From: Trichodelitschia bisporula | Lineage: Eukaryota | Direction: 5' to 3' | NCBI GenBank assembly: GCA_010356995.1 | Contig: ML996711.1 | Span: 62,001-126,000 of the forward strand | Length of the DNA stretch: 64,000 bases | Part shown: piece after piece, positions 47,853 through 59,546 of the stretch | Layout: each line of letters starts with the position of its first letter | Numbering within the stretch: position 1 is the stretch's first letter | Program-made: the position numbers and the translations under genes | Notes under the pieces: generated by a model | What the model saw: the letters and a program-made list of their open reading frames with translations, nothing else | The model's database searches: none | What the model was told of the DNA's origin: nothing

Positions 47853-49433
47853 TCAGGCATTCTTTCGGCCGTGATACACGCAGATGCCCCGGCCTCCGCC
47901 CTTGTGCTTCGGGCTCAGCGGACACAGGGGACTCCCCGGCAAATGCTCTGGCAGGTCCCATTCAATTGACCGGAGCTCGTCGTCCCGCAAACCAAAGTGA
48001 TCAACCTCCTCTTCTTCCACGTCCTCGAACACATTCTCCATCGGAATGCGCCAACAATCGCCATCTTCCGAAAATCGCGAGGATGAACCGCGACTCCAAT
48101 TACGCTCCAGACCACCCGGCTTTGCGTCTGGCGGCTGGGGAAAGGGTGTGTGGAACGTCACCCTCTCGGCATTTCGCGCTCCTTCATCATCAATATGCGG
48201 AACAAAGTATCCCTTTTTGCTGCTTGTCGATGGAGTCTCCGGAACCGCCGCCGGTGTGAAGCATGCACTCTTAGCGCCGGGGGTGGGTGATAAAACCAGG
48301 CCGGCCCTTAGCCCGATCGACGTCAACGGGGTACGGGGGGTTGAAGGAGTTCCTGGTGTATGCGATGACGAGACACTCGTTCCCGAGCTTTGAGACCCAG
48401 ACAAGATACGCTTCCACTTCGGCCGCCAATTCCCAGAAGTACTGACCCGCTCCCCACCCGTGCTTGCCCGTCGGGAAGGAGGAAGGCGCTCCGCGGACGG
48501 AATAGTCATGCTTCCTCGGCGGGTTTCTGGCGCCGGCGAGATTACTGGAGAGAGGGGCCTTATGGCGTTTTCATCCGTCGGAGATACGAATGGAGGCGTA
48601 TCCTGCTCAGCAGCTGGGGAATGGATCCCAGCCACGGGAGTTGGAGGGCCAGTTGACGCAGTATCGGACCAAAAGCTAACACGCCCATTGCGAGCAGACG
48701 GTGTCTCCAGCGGGGCCTCCGACTCAGGAGTACGGGCACCTGAAGCAGAAGAATATTTGCCGTCGCTGTGATCGGAGTGGCGGAGTGAGCGTTGACGGAC
48801 CACGTTGAGGAACCTCGACGACTTCTCTTTGGGGCGATTTGGCTCCGAGAGGGCCGGGCGTGGGAGACTAGGACGGCGTTCGAACTCCGAGACAGTACTA
48901 ATACTTGGTGTTTCGTACAGATCGGTGTCCGTGCCGTCATCCGAACGCCAACTCGACATTTCGGGATCAGGTTCGGATACTCCAGAAGCGCATCGAGAGA
49001 CGGAAGGTTGGCGCTTCTTGGTATACCTCATCAGTCTCATGTCAGGGAGACCGCGAAATAGCTTGCGTGCGCCTTGGAGAGTGGTAGTCCTCCATGCCAG
49101 TGGCGGAACGTCTATAGTCGAATCTACGGTGAAGGAGGTTGGCGACCTGCACGGCTGGGGTGGATCTGGTGGCGCCAGAGCGGTATCTGCGGTAGACTGG
49201 GACCACCGTGGAGAAACGGCTCTCTGGTCAGACATTGCATTGGAGCGCCTGAATTCCCCTCCTCGCAGCGACGGCGATGCATGCAGCGCGGCCCCTGTGT
49301 TTTGTATGTTCTCATCCAACAGAGTGTCTCTCCGCCGGCCGAACCGGTTGGGGTCGGGCGACGGTGGGCTGCTTCGGATGGAGGGCCGCCGTAAGAGAGT
49401 CTCTTGTTTCTTCTCGGACGATGATAGAGTCAT
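47853..49433 (-). CDS. Hypothetical S/P/R-rich protein, 526 aa, with a Cys/His C-terminal motif
   Basis: Long single-exon ORF, mostly low complexity, ending DLPEHLPGSPLCPLSPKHKGGGRGICVYHGR. Confidence 0.75.
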   Translation of the reverse strand: MTLSSSEKKQETLLRRPSIRSSPPSPDPNRFGRRRDTLLDENIQNTGAALHASPSLRGGEFRRSNAMSDQRAVSPRWSQSTADTALAPPDPPQPCRSPTSFTVDSTIDVPPLAWRTTTLQGARKLFRGLPDMRLMRYTKKRQPSVSRCASGVSEPDPEMSSWRSDDGTDTDLYETPSISTVSEFERRPSLPRPALSEPNRPKEKSSRFLNVVRQRSLRHSDHSDGKYSSASGARTPESEAPLETPSARNGRVSFWSDTASTGPPTPVAGIHSPAAEQDTPPFVSPTDENAIRPLSPVISPAPETRRGSMTIPSAERLPPSRRASTGGERVSTSGNWRPKWKRILSGSQSSGTSVSSSHTPGTPSTPRTPLTSIGLRAGLVLSPTPGAKSACFTPAAVPETPSTSSKKGYFVPHIDDEGARNAERVTFHTPFPQPPDAKPGGLERNWSRGSSSRFSEDGDCWRIPMENVFEDVEEEEVDHFGLRDDELRSIEWDLPEHLPGSPLCPLSPKHKGGGRGICVYHGRKNA

Positions 49434-50135
49434 GCAGTCCGATGCTGGTGAAAGGTAGAAGTTATGAGGGTGTGGGACCTGAATGAATTACGGAATAGGA
49501 TCATAGGGGCATAAAAGGTTGAAGGGTACAGGCGATGCGGCTGGCAGTGCGTACATTGGATTGTTCGTTTGACTGAGGCCGAACTGTGAGTTTGCCTCCG
49601 CTTCCGTCGAGACTTCCCTGGTACTAGTGGAAAGGACGTCTGCGGAGGACAGTACTGTCGGACGATACTGCCTCGCCGGCCCCAACCATGGTGATCAAAT
49701 GAACCCATTGATTGAGTACCTGAGAAGGGTCGAGGTCGCTAGGCATTTGGCCTGATACTTACACAATAGTCAGCTGGAAGTTACCTGTATCTGAACATCT
49801 CCGGCCGTATTCCAAATGCAAGAGGCTCTGGTGATGTTGGGATGAGAGAAAATTCTACTCCTGTGTTAACGTGCTTTCCACCAGGTATGTACAGACACTA
49901 CCGAGTAGCAGAACTAAAGGCCTTAAGATGAAGCGCTTGCGCACTATTGCAAGTCATACTTCGCCGCCAGCATCGACAAACCGAGAAGTGAAGTCAGCAT
50001 GTCGTCCCAATTCGAGTGGCAAATAAACGTGACAGGGCGAGCGGGTAAACTGCGCACGGGCCATTGTTTACGCAGGTGTAAACAACCCGCAACTACACAT
50101 CGCGCCGCAAGCAACTCGACATCGCCAACGCCAAA

Positions 50136-53100
50136 ATGCGGATAGTAGAAGTGATAATAGACGTAAGTGCGCTTGGCTTATATTTTTGACGACGCTCACA
50201 TGGGAAAGGGCTTCAAGTCGTACGCCGTACGCACCGTCATCTCCGGATGGTAAGAGCCCCGCACCGCCCACGAAACCGGCTAACGACCAAGGGACGAGAG
50301 TTTCAACTCGATTACGGGCCTCAACGGCAGCGGAAAGTCCAATATCCTTGACTCGATATGCTTCGTTCTCGGCATCACGAACATGAGCACAGTGCGCGCG
50401 CAGAACCTGCAGGACCTGATCTACAAGCGTGGGCAGGCGGGCGTTACCAAAGCTTCAGTCACTATCGTCTTTGACAACCGTGACAAGGCGAAGTCGCCTA
50501 TTGGCTTCGAGGATTATGCGCAAATTTCCGTTACACGCCAGATTGTCCTCGGCGGGACGTCCAAGTACCTCATAAATGGTCACCGCGCGCAGCAGCAGAC
50601 GGTCCAGAACTTGTTCCAGTCGGTCCAGCTCAATATCAACAATCCCAACTTCCTCATCATGCAGGGCCGCATCACGAAGGTACTGAACATGAAACCCGTG
50701 GAGATATTGGCCATGATTGAGGAGGCGGCGGGGACGCGCATGTACGAAGACAGACGAGACAAGGCGATCAAGAGTATGGCCAAGAAGGAGCTCAAGGTCA
50801 AGGAGCTTACGGAGTTGCTGCGCGACGAAATCGACCCTAAGCTAGAGCGCCTGCGGCAGGAGAAACGCGCCTTCCTCGACTTCCAGCAGACGCAGAGCGA
50901 CTTGGAGCGCCTGACGCGGCTCGTTGTTGCACATGACTATGTGCGCGGCAAGGAGAGGCTCCGGGCTGCGACCGAACAACTTGAGGCGAAGAAGCGTCGG
51001 TCCGCTGAACTCGAGGAGTCAGCAACACGGCTGAAGAGCGAGATCGCGCTGTTGCAGGAAGATATCAAGAATATCAAGGCGGCCCGCGAGAAGGAACTCC
51101 GCAAGGGAGGCAAGTTTCAGGCGTTGGAAGATGAGGTCAAGACGCATTCTCACGAAATTGTTCGGCTCACGACGGTCATTGACCTCAAGAAATCGGGCAT
51201 GAACGAGGAGAAGGACAAGCAAAAGAAGCTGCAAAAGACCGTAGAAGAACTTGAGGTGCAGCTCAAGGAAAAGAAGCTTCTGCATGAGAAGCTGCAGGAG
51301 CAGTATGACGCTGCCCGCGCGGATCTCGCGAAGCAGGCCGAAGAGGCGGAGAAGAAAGAAGAACTGCTTCAGAGCCTGCAGACCGGAATCGCATCCAAGG
51401 AAGGCCAGGAGAGCGGCTATCAAGGGCAACTTCAAGACGCGCGGAATCGCGCAAGCGCAGCGGCCACGGAACAGGAGCAAGCCAAGCTTAAAATCACGCA
51501 TCTCGAGAAGCGCATCAAAGAGGAAGAGCCCAAGGCGGAGAAGGCAAAGAAGCTGAATTCTGGTCTCCTTAAAGACCTCGAGGGCCTCCGGACGCAGGCC
51601 CAAAGGCTGGAGGCTGATCTCGCTAAGCTTGGGTTCGAACCCGGCAAGGAGGAGGAAATGTATAAAGAGGAGGCCCAGCTGCAGCAGCGCATCCGCGAGC
51701 TGAGAGAGCAGGCCGATGGACTCAAGCGCAGAGTTGCCAATATCGATTTCAATTACAGCGATCCCTCGCCAGACTTTGACCGGTCGCGGGTCAAGGGTCT
51801 CGTTGCGCAGCTCTTCACTATCGACAAGCAGCACCTCGCTGCCGGGACTGCGCTCGAGATCTGCGCTGGCGGCCGGTTATACAACGTGGTGGTTGACTCT
51901 GCGTCCACGGGTACGGAGTTGCTGAAAAATGGTCGATTGAAGAAGCGTGTCACCATCATCCCGCTTGACAAGATCGCGGCCTTCCGTGCGTCCTCGCAAA
52001 AGGTTGGAGCGGCCCAGAATATTGCCCCTGGCAAAGTCAACCTCGCCCTCTCGCTCATCGGGTATGAGAACGAGGTCAACGCCGCTATGGAATATGTCTT
52101 CGGATCTACGCTTGTCTGCGATGATCCCGTTACGGCCAAAAAGGTCACCTTCGATCCTGCGGTACGGATGAAGAGTGTCACCCTCGAAGGCGACGTCTAC
52201 GATCCGTCGGGAACTCTGTCTGGAGGCAGTGCGCCGCAATCAAGTGGTGTGCTTGTTACGCTTCAGAAGCTTAATGAGATCACCACGGAGCTGAGCAAGC
52301 AGGAGCGGGCGCTGAACTTGCTGCAGTCGACCATGGCGCGGGAGAAGAAGAAACTCGACACGGCGCGCAAGCTGAAGCAAGAGCTCGACCTGAAAGCACA
52401 CGAGATCAGCCTAGCAGAGGAGCAAATCAGCAGCAACTCGTCCTCCTCTATCATTCAGGCCGTCGTGGAAATGAAGACGCAAATCGAGCAACTCAAGCAG
52501 GACATCATGGATGCACAAAGGCGGCACGACGAGGCGGCCAAGGACGTCAAACGGATTGAGCGCGACATGAGCGAGTTCAGCAACAACAAGGACAGCAAGC
52601 TGGCCGAGCTCCAGACGTCGCTCGACAAGCTCAAGAAGACCCTCGCCAAGGGCAATGCGGCTATCAAACCTCTGCAGCAGGAAATGCGCGACGCGATGCT
52701 CGAGTCAGAGCAGTGTGGCGGCGACCTGGCGGCTACACAGGAGACTCTTCGCGACGCGGAGGTCACGGTTGCCACGCAACTGGAAGAGATTAACGGCTTG
52801 CTTGCCGAGCAAACACGTGTTAAGAACGAGCACGACCTCGCGCTTGCAAATCTTCAGGATGAGCAGGCAAAGCTGTCGAGTTTCGATGAGGAGCTTCGTG
52901 CCCTTGACGAGGCCGTGCGGAACAAGACGGCACTAGGCGCGGAGGAAGCCCTTGAGGCGCAGTCGCTGGGGCATGTCCTTGAAAAGCTGGAGAAGGAGAC
53001 GCAGAGTGCCCAACAGATGCTTACCTCGCTTGCGGAGACGCATGACTGGATTCCGGACGAGAAGGAACAGTTTGGTCGTGCGGGAACAGCATACGATTTC

Positions 53101-53811
53101 AAGCGGCAGAACATGTCGGAGTGCAAGGCAACGCTCAAAACGCTGACGGAGCGCTTCCAGGGGATGAAGAAGAAGATCAACCCCAAGGTGATGAACATGA
53201 TTGACAATGTGGAGAAGAAGGAGGCTTCACTAAAGAACATGATGCGCACGGTCATCAAGGACAAGCGGAAAATCGAGGAGACTATTGTCAGTCTGGATGA
53301 GTACAAGAAGGATGCGCTGCACAAGACATGGGAGAAGGTCAGTGCCGATTTTGGCCAGATCTTCAACGAGCTGCTGCCCGGCAGCTTTGCGCGGCTCGAT
53401 CCGCCCGAGGGCAAGACGATATCCGACGGGCTGGAGGTCAAGGTTTCGTTGGGCAAAGTGTGGAAGCAGAGCTTGACGGAGCTCAGCGGTGGTCAACGGT
53501 ACTTTTGTCTACTTCCCTCCTACCATCCACAAGCTAATCTCCGCAGGTCCCTCATTGCCCTCTCCCTTATCATGGCCCTCCTGCAGTTCAAGCCGGCGCC
53601 CATGTATATCTTGGACGAGGTGGACGCCGCGCTCGACCTCTCGCACACGCAGAACATCGGCCGGCTGATTAAGACGCGGTTCAAGGGCGCGCAGTTTATC
53701 GTCGTCAGTCTCAAGGACGGCATGTTCCAAAACGCGAATCGCATCTTTCGCACGCGGTTCAGTGACGGCACGAGTGTGGTACAAGCACTGACTCCGGCGG
53801 ATCTGCGGTAG
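50136..53811 (+). CDS. SMC2: Condensin subunit SMC2
   Basis: Exons 50136-50162, 50209-50249, 50292-53498, 53547-53811. MRIVEVIID|GFKSY, Walker A GLNGSGKS, hinge VTLEGDVYDPSGTLSGG, signature LSGGQR, Walker B YILDEVDAALD, QFIVVSLK (SMC2-type). Confidence 0.97.
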
Positions 53812-54762
53812 GTTCGGACATGTTTTTAAAGTTTGCCGTGAGCGGGAGTTTGGCGTTGGATGGGGAAGGTGGATTGGCTTGGGATGGGAGGGTCATGTTG
53901 GATGAGCAATGGCATATGAAACGCGATCGGGGAGCGATATCGTCACGCAGTAATGAAATGTGTTTGAACACGACGCGTCGCTTTGCGCTCACACACTCTT
54001 CTACGCGCCTAAGCTACATAACGGCCAGTCGCGCTCCTACGTACCCGGAGCAACCATCCCCGAGTGCTTAAGTAAACCTCAGCATTTGGATCGAGATCCA
54101 CCTCCTGAATAGTGCGTACTGCATACAGCCCTGATTCAGCCCGGCGCACCCGGCTAGCAAACCGAGCGCCCTCAGAGACTCACAGGGGAAGGAGAGTGGG
54201 CCTGGGTCTTGCATGCGGGCGCCTCCTTGAGCCTCACATCGCATCCCCTTGGCAAGGCCGACGAATCAGAGCCCGCGGCGCTCAGGGGTAAGCCTGTGGC
54301 GCTGGGTCCAGGGCTGAAGGGGGAAATCTTTGTTTTTGGGGGCCGTGTGCATTCAATATTGTGTAGGACGACGTGGTTCGGTTTTCTTCGCTTCTGATTT
54401 TGAGGATCGAGTTCGGTGGATGAGATGGGGGGAGGGGGGTGTGTTCTACGGATGTATGCTCTCGAATGCACTGGTGGACTACTACTACCTCGTAGCTCAG
54501 CCTGATGGCAGGAGCGAACGAAAAGTCCATAGCGCGCCTCGACCGGAGTCGGATGACGCGGAGGGCGCACCCGCAGGTCACACCGAATATTGGAGGCGCC
54601 CCGGGGTTGGGCCCAATGCGAGGGTTTGGGTATTCCGTGGCGGGTGGCCTTGTGCGTACAAAGGGCTGGGACGCGACGCGTGGGCGAGTGCAGCGCAGAC
54701 TTTCTCTCCTTCCACCAAAATCTTCGCTCCTTACAGTCCTTCAGAGTTCCTAAAGTATCATC

Positions 54763-55550
54763 ATGCACGCATCTATCCTCCTCGCTACGTTCGCCGCGCT
54801 TGCGGCCGCGAAACAGATCCCCATTGTGGTGGGCGATGGTGGTGACACCTTCTCGCCTTCCAGCGTTACGGCGGAGAAGGGTGATGTGGTTGTGTTCAGC
54901 TTCAAGGCGGGCAATCACGGTGTTGCCCAGGGCGACTTCGACAAGCCATGCCAGCCGAGCGCGGGCGGGTTCTGGACTGGGTTCAAGAACGATGGCACGT
55001 TCAGTGTCACGGTCACCGACCCAAGCAAGCCCATGTGGTTCTACTGCCCGCTGAACAAGCATTGCCAGAATGGAGTAAGTTGCTGTTGTCAGTGATTTGA
55101 GATGAGTGCTAACAGAATGATAGATGGTCGGCGTGATCAACCCGTTCGTCTCCCAGTAAAACCTTAACACATGATGAAAGGCAACCAGCTAACCTCAGAA
55201 GCTCCGGCGGCACCCTCGATGCGTACACCGCGGCCTCCAAGAAGGCGTCGAGCAACACTCCGCCTTCGGGCGACCCGACTGTGGACGCTGGCTCCAGCGA
55301 CCCCGGCTCCAGCGATGCGCCGGGCACCTCGAGCGCTGATGGCTCGTCCGCAAGAACCACCGCCGTGGACTCGGCGTCAACGTCGGCGCAGGCAACGAGC
55401 AAGGCGACGGACTCGGCTACGGGCACCAAGGTCGACGGGTCTAGCGCTACCGGCCCGGCTGCCTCGCCGAAGGCGACTGGGTCTGGTGCGGGAGCACTGT
55501 CCGTGCCCGGTGCTATGGCCCTCATTGCAGGGGCGGTGGCTTTGCTCTGA
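54763..55550 (+). CDS. Secreted cupredoxin-domain protein with S/T-rich stalk and probable GPI anchor, 3 exons
   Basis: Exons 54763-55074, 55124-55143, 55199-55550. Signal peptide; TFSPSSVTAEKGDVVVFSF; type-1 Cu-like ligands GNH..YCPLNKHCQNG|MVGVIN; hydrophobic C-terminal tail. Confidence 0.88.
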
Positions 55551-55971
55551 AGGGTGTTCGGTTAGTGGGGATGTCGTGGGACCATACGGGGTGGGGATTG
55601 GGGATGGGTGGTCCCTGGGTGTTGTGCAAGGGACGGAGTTGATATCCTATGATTCCGGCGAGTTTGGTGATGGGGGCGGTAAGCATGCAGGAAGCGTGCT
55701 TTCCGCGGGTATCATTTTGCGTTTAGCGTGGTGGACGAAATAGACAACAAATGCATCTTGTGCAGTGTCTTTCGCCGTGCTGGTTCTTGTTTAATGGATG
55801 GTGACTGGGGGGTTGTTGATGCGGTGCCTAGCGGGTAACGGTAGTGGATGAGGTTCCCTAACAGGTAACGGGTCTGGGTAGTGATGCGACTTCGCTGCCG
55901 TTGTCAATGCGAGTCTTAATATTGTCGTCGTTGGGATTGGTTGATCACAAGTGGCGTGTGGGGTAGCGGGT

Positions 55972-55981
55972 CCGATGTCGG
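55972..55981. promoter_or_regulatory. Candidate Leu3/LeuB binding site (CCG-N4-CGG)
   Basis: CCGATGTCGG about 200 bp upstream of the LEU1 ATG. It matches the everted CGG repeat bound by Leu3-family Zn2Cys6 factors, but the motif is short and could occur by chance. Confidence 0.5.
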
Positions 55982-56179
55982 CTGGCGATGTCGGAGCAGG
56001 TGTTCGTCTGCTCTCGCCCCTAGAAGAGACCCTCTTCATGTCTCCACCTGCCTCCAACATAACTTCCCTTCATCCTCCCATCCCTTTCTACTCCTCACTC
56101 TCTCTCCTCGCTCACTCTTCCACATCTTGATCACCAACACCTTTTTCATTCGCTCTGAGCTGCCGCTGTATCATCAATC

Positions 56180-58654
56180 ATGCCGGGCGCTGTTAGACTC
56201 CCGCAGACCCTCTATGATAAGGTCTTCTGCGACCACATCGTCGACGAAAAGGACGATGGCACCGTTCTCCTCTACATCGGTACGTCGCTCCTGTTGAGCC
56301 TTCTGCCTATTCTGTATCTAACAGCTTCACAGACAGACATCTCGTGCATGAAGTGACGTCTCCGGTATGCATACCCCGCGCTACGTCACCGCAGTCTTAA
56401 GGCTGACTTTTCCACAGCAAGCGTTTGAAGGACTGCGCAATGCGAACCGCAAGGTCCGCCGACCAGACTGCACTCTTGCGACCACAGATCACGTACGTTA
56501 AACCTGCTGTTTGCAAAAGGAAACGCTGACAGATAGCAGAACGTGCCTACCACGTCCCGCCAAAATTTCAAGTCCATTGAGTCGTTTGTTGACGAAGCCG
56601 ATTCCAGGACACAGTGCATGACACTGGAAGATAATGTCAAAGAATTTGGTCTCACATATTTTGGCCTGGGCGACAAGCGGCAAGGCATTGTGCATATCAT
56701 CGGCCCTGAGCAGGGCTTCACCCTGCCGGGCACCACCGTCGTGTGCGGCGATAGCCACACATCAACACACGGCGCGTTTGGTGCGCTCGCCTTTGGCATC
56801 GGCACATCCGAAGTGGAGCATGTGCTCGCAACGCAAACCATCATCACGAACCGCTCAAAGAACATGCGTGTACAGGTTGATGGCGAGCTCGCCCCCGGAG
56901 TGAGCAGTAAGGACATCATCCTGCACGTCATTGGCATCATCGGAACGGCCGGCGGCACGGGCGCCGTCATCGAGTTCTGCGGTTCTGCAATCCGCGGACT
57001 GAGTATGGAAGCACGTATGTCCATCTGCAACATGTCCATTGAGGCCGGTGCCAGAGCCGGCATGATCGCGCCCGATGAGACGACAATTGAGTATCTCAAG
57101 GGCCGCCCTCTGGCCCCTGAGGTCGACAGCGCCGAGTGGAAGAAGGCAACGGCCTACTGGCTCAGCCTGAGGTCTGACGAGGGCGCTAAGTACGATATTG
57201 ACGTCTTCATCGACTCGAAGGACATCATCCCAACGATCACCTGGGGAACTTCTCCGCAGGACGTTGTCCAGATCACAGGCGTCGTTCCCGGACCCGAAGA
57301 CTTCACCGATGAAGACAAGAAGCGCGCCTGCGTTCGCGCACTTGAGTACATGGGCCTCACTGCCGGCACGCCCATGCAGGACATTCCCGTCGACAAGGTC
57401 TTTATCGGCTCGTGCACCAACGCTCGCATTGAAGACCTGCGCCAAGCGGCCCGCGTTGTCAAGGGCAAGAAGAAGGCGCCCAACGTCAAACGCGCCATGA
57501 TCGTGCCCGGCTCCGGCCTGGTCAAAAAGCAGGCTGAGGCCGAGGGTCTCGATCAGATTTTCATCGACGCTGGTTTCGAGTGGCGCGAGGCCGGCTGCTC
57601 CATGTGCCTGGGCATGAACCCCGATATCCTCGCACCGCAGGAGCGCTGCGCCAGCACCTCTAACCGCAACTTCGAGGGCCGCCAGGGCGCCGGCGGCCGC
57701 ACCCACCTCATGTCCCCTGCCATGGCCGCTGCCGCTGCGATCGTAGGAAAGCTAGCCGACGTTCGCAAGGTAACGGGGCCGACCCAGATCTACGAAAAGG
57801 GGTCGCCGAAGGTGTCCGTAGCTCCCGCGCATCAGGCTGACATCGAGTCCGACGAAGACCTGGATAAGCTGCTGGACGACCCGGAGAACTCGCAGGGCAA
57901 TACGGTCCAGTCCGGCGCACCTTCCACAGGCGGCATGCCCAAGTTTACACAGCTGCGGGGCTACGCAGCGCCCATGGACATTGCAAACGTGGACACCGAC
58001 GCCATCATCCCGAAGCAGTTCTTGAAGACGATCAAGCGTTCGGGCCTTGGGAGCGCGCTGTTCCATGCCTGGCGCTACGACCCGGCCACCGGTGATGAGA
58101 AGCCAGACTTTGTGCTCAACAAGGAACCCTACAGGCAGGCCAAGGTCCTCGTCAGCACGGGCCCGAACTTCGGCTGCGGTTCCTCGCGTGAGCACGCCCC
58201 TTGGGCGCTGCTCGACTTCGGCATTTGGTGTGTCATTGCTCCTAGCTTTGGCGACATCTTCTTCAACAACACGTTCAAGAACGGCATGCTCCCGATTGTC
58301 ATGCGTGATGCGGCGGCTCTGGAGCGTATCGCGGCTGAGGCGCGCGCGGGTCGTGAGATCGAGGTCGATCTGCCGGCGCAGGTGATCCGTGATGCCGAGG
58401 GCAAGGAGTTGGCAAAGTTTGACGTCGATGGCTTCCGCAAGGACTGCCTGGTCAACGGGCTCGATGACATTGGCCTCACTATGAAGCTGGACAGCAAGAT
58501 CGCCTCGTTTGAGACGCGGCGTACACGTGACTTCCCCTGGCTTGATGGGAGTGGGTATCTCAAGCGCGACCGGTCGGGGCCGGTGAAGGTGGCGGCGGTG
58601 CCGGTGCCAAAGACAAATCGCGGGCAGGAGATTGGGGAGCCGTTGGAGTGGTAG
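56180..58654 (+). CDS. LEU1: 3-isopropylmalate dehydratase (fused large + small subunit), three short 5' introns
   Basis: [83 protein letters not shown]. Confidence 0.97.
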
Positions 58655-59546
58655 GTGTGCGTTCAGTGCGGTGGCGTTTTCTTTTTTTTTATTCGTGTGC
58701 GGAAGGCAAAAGGGTGCTTCTCCTATCATGTTGCGTTGGTGTGTGATATGGGATTAATCTGGTCCTGCTAGCAGGCTGTGACTAGGCTGTGGCAGCGCTA
58801 CAGCTTTGGTTCTGGAATGTGTTGATATGATGATGAAGTGTCTTGAGATTTGAGATGTGCGTGTTGAGGATCAACTACCGAGTGGAATTTAGTCAAGCTA
58901 ATAGCCGACATCAAATCATGGACAAAGGTGCCTTGAGATTTTGAGATATGTGTCGCGGATGAAGTCTATCGAGGGGAATCTAGTCACGCTAAATGCCGGG
59001 CATCAAAAGTCGAGAAATAGGCTTCTTCATATTCTTTCCCTCACATCGCACTCGGGTAACACACACCACACCATACCCCGATTCACCAGTCTGCCTCGTA
59101 GCCTCGTATCAACAGTTCCGCCGCGATCCTTTCCATGCTCATATCACCCACCCAACCACACCCACCCCATCCACATCCACATCATGAACAGCCATCCTTC
59201 CTTCCATCCTCCATCACACACCAACTCCATGACCAACACCTGAAAAGCCGCAACCCCACCCCACCCAACAAAGCCCATGGTGAGAATCCGCCAGAAAACG
59301 AATAAAAACGGAGAAGAGACAAAACGCCGACCCTAGACCACACCCACACACCCCGCACCAAACCCCATCCTATCCCGAGGAAGTGAAAAAAGAGTAACGA
59401 TCGTTTTTGCTTGTTCCCCCCAGTGCCTGCCTGCTTGCATGTCATGACCGTGAACCCCCATTTCTTCCAAATAAAGAATCCCAGAACGGAAGTGAAGAAA
59501 CGAAAAACCCAACGAGCGTCATCATTCCCCTTTAACCTCTTAGCTC

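Noticed and set aside
54172..55170. 332-aa minus-strand ORF
   Set aside because: Antisense to the cupredoxin gene and its promoter; no domain features.
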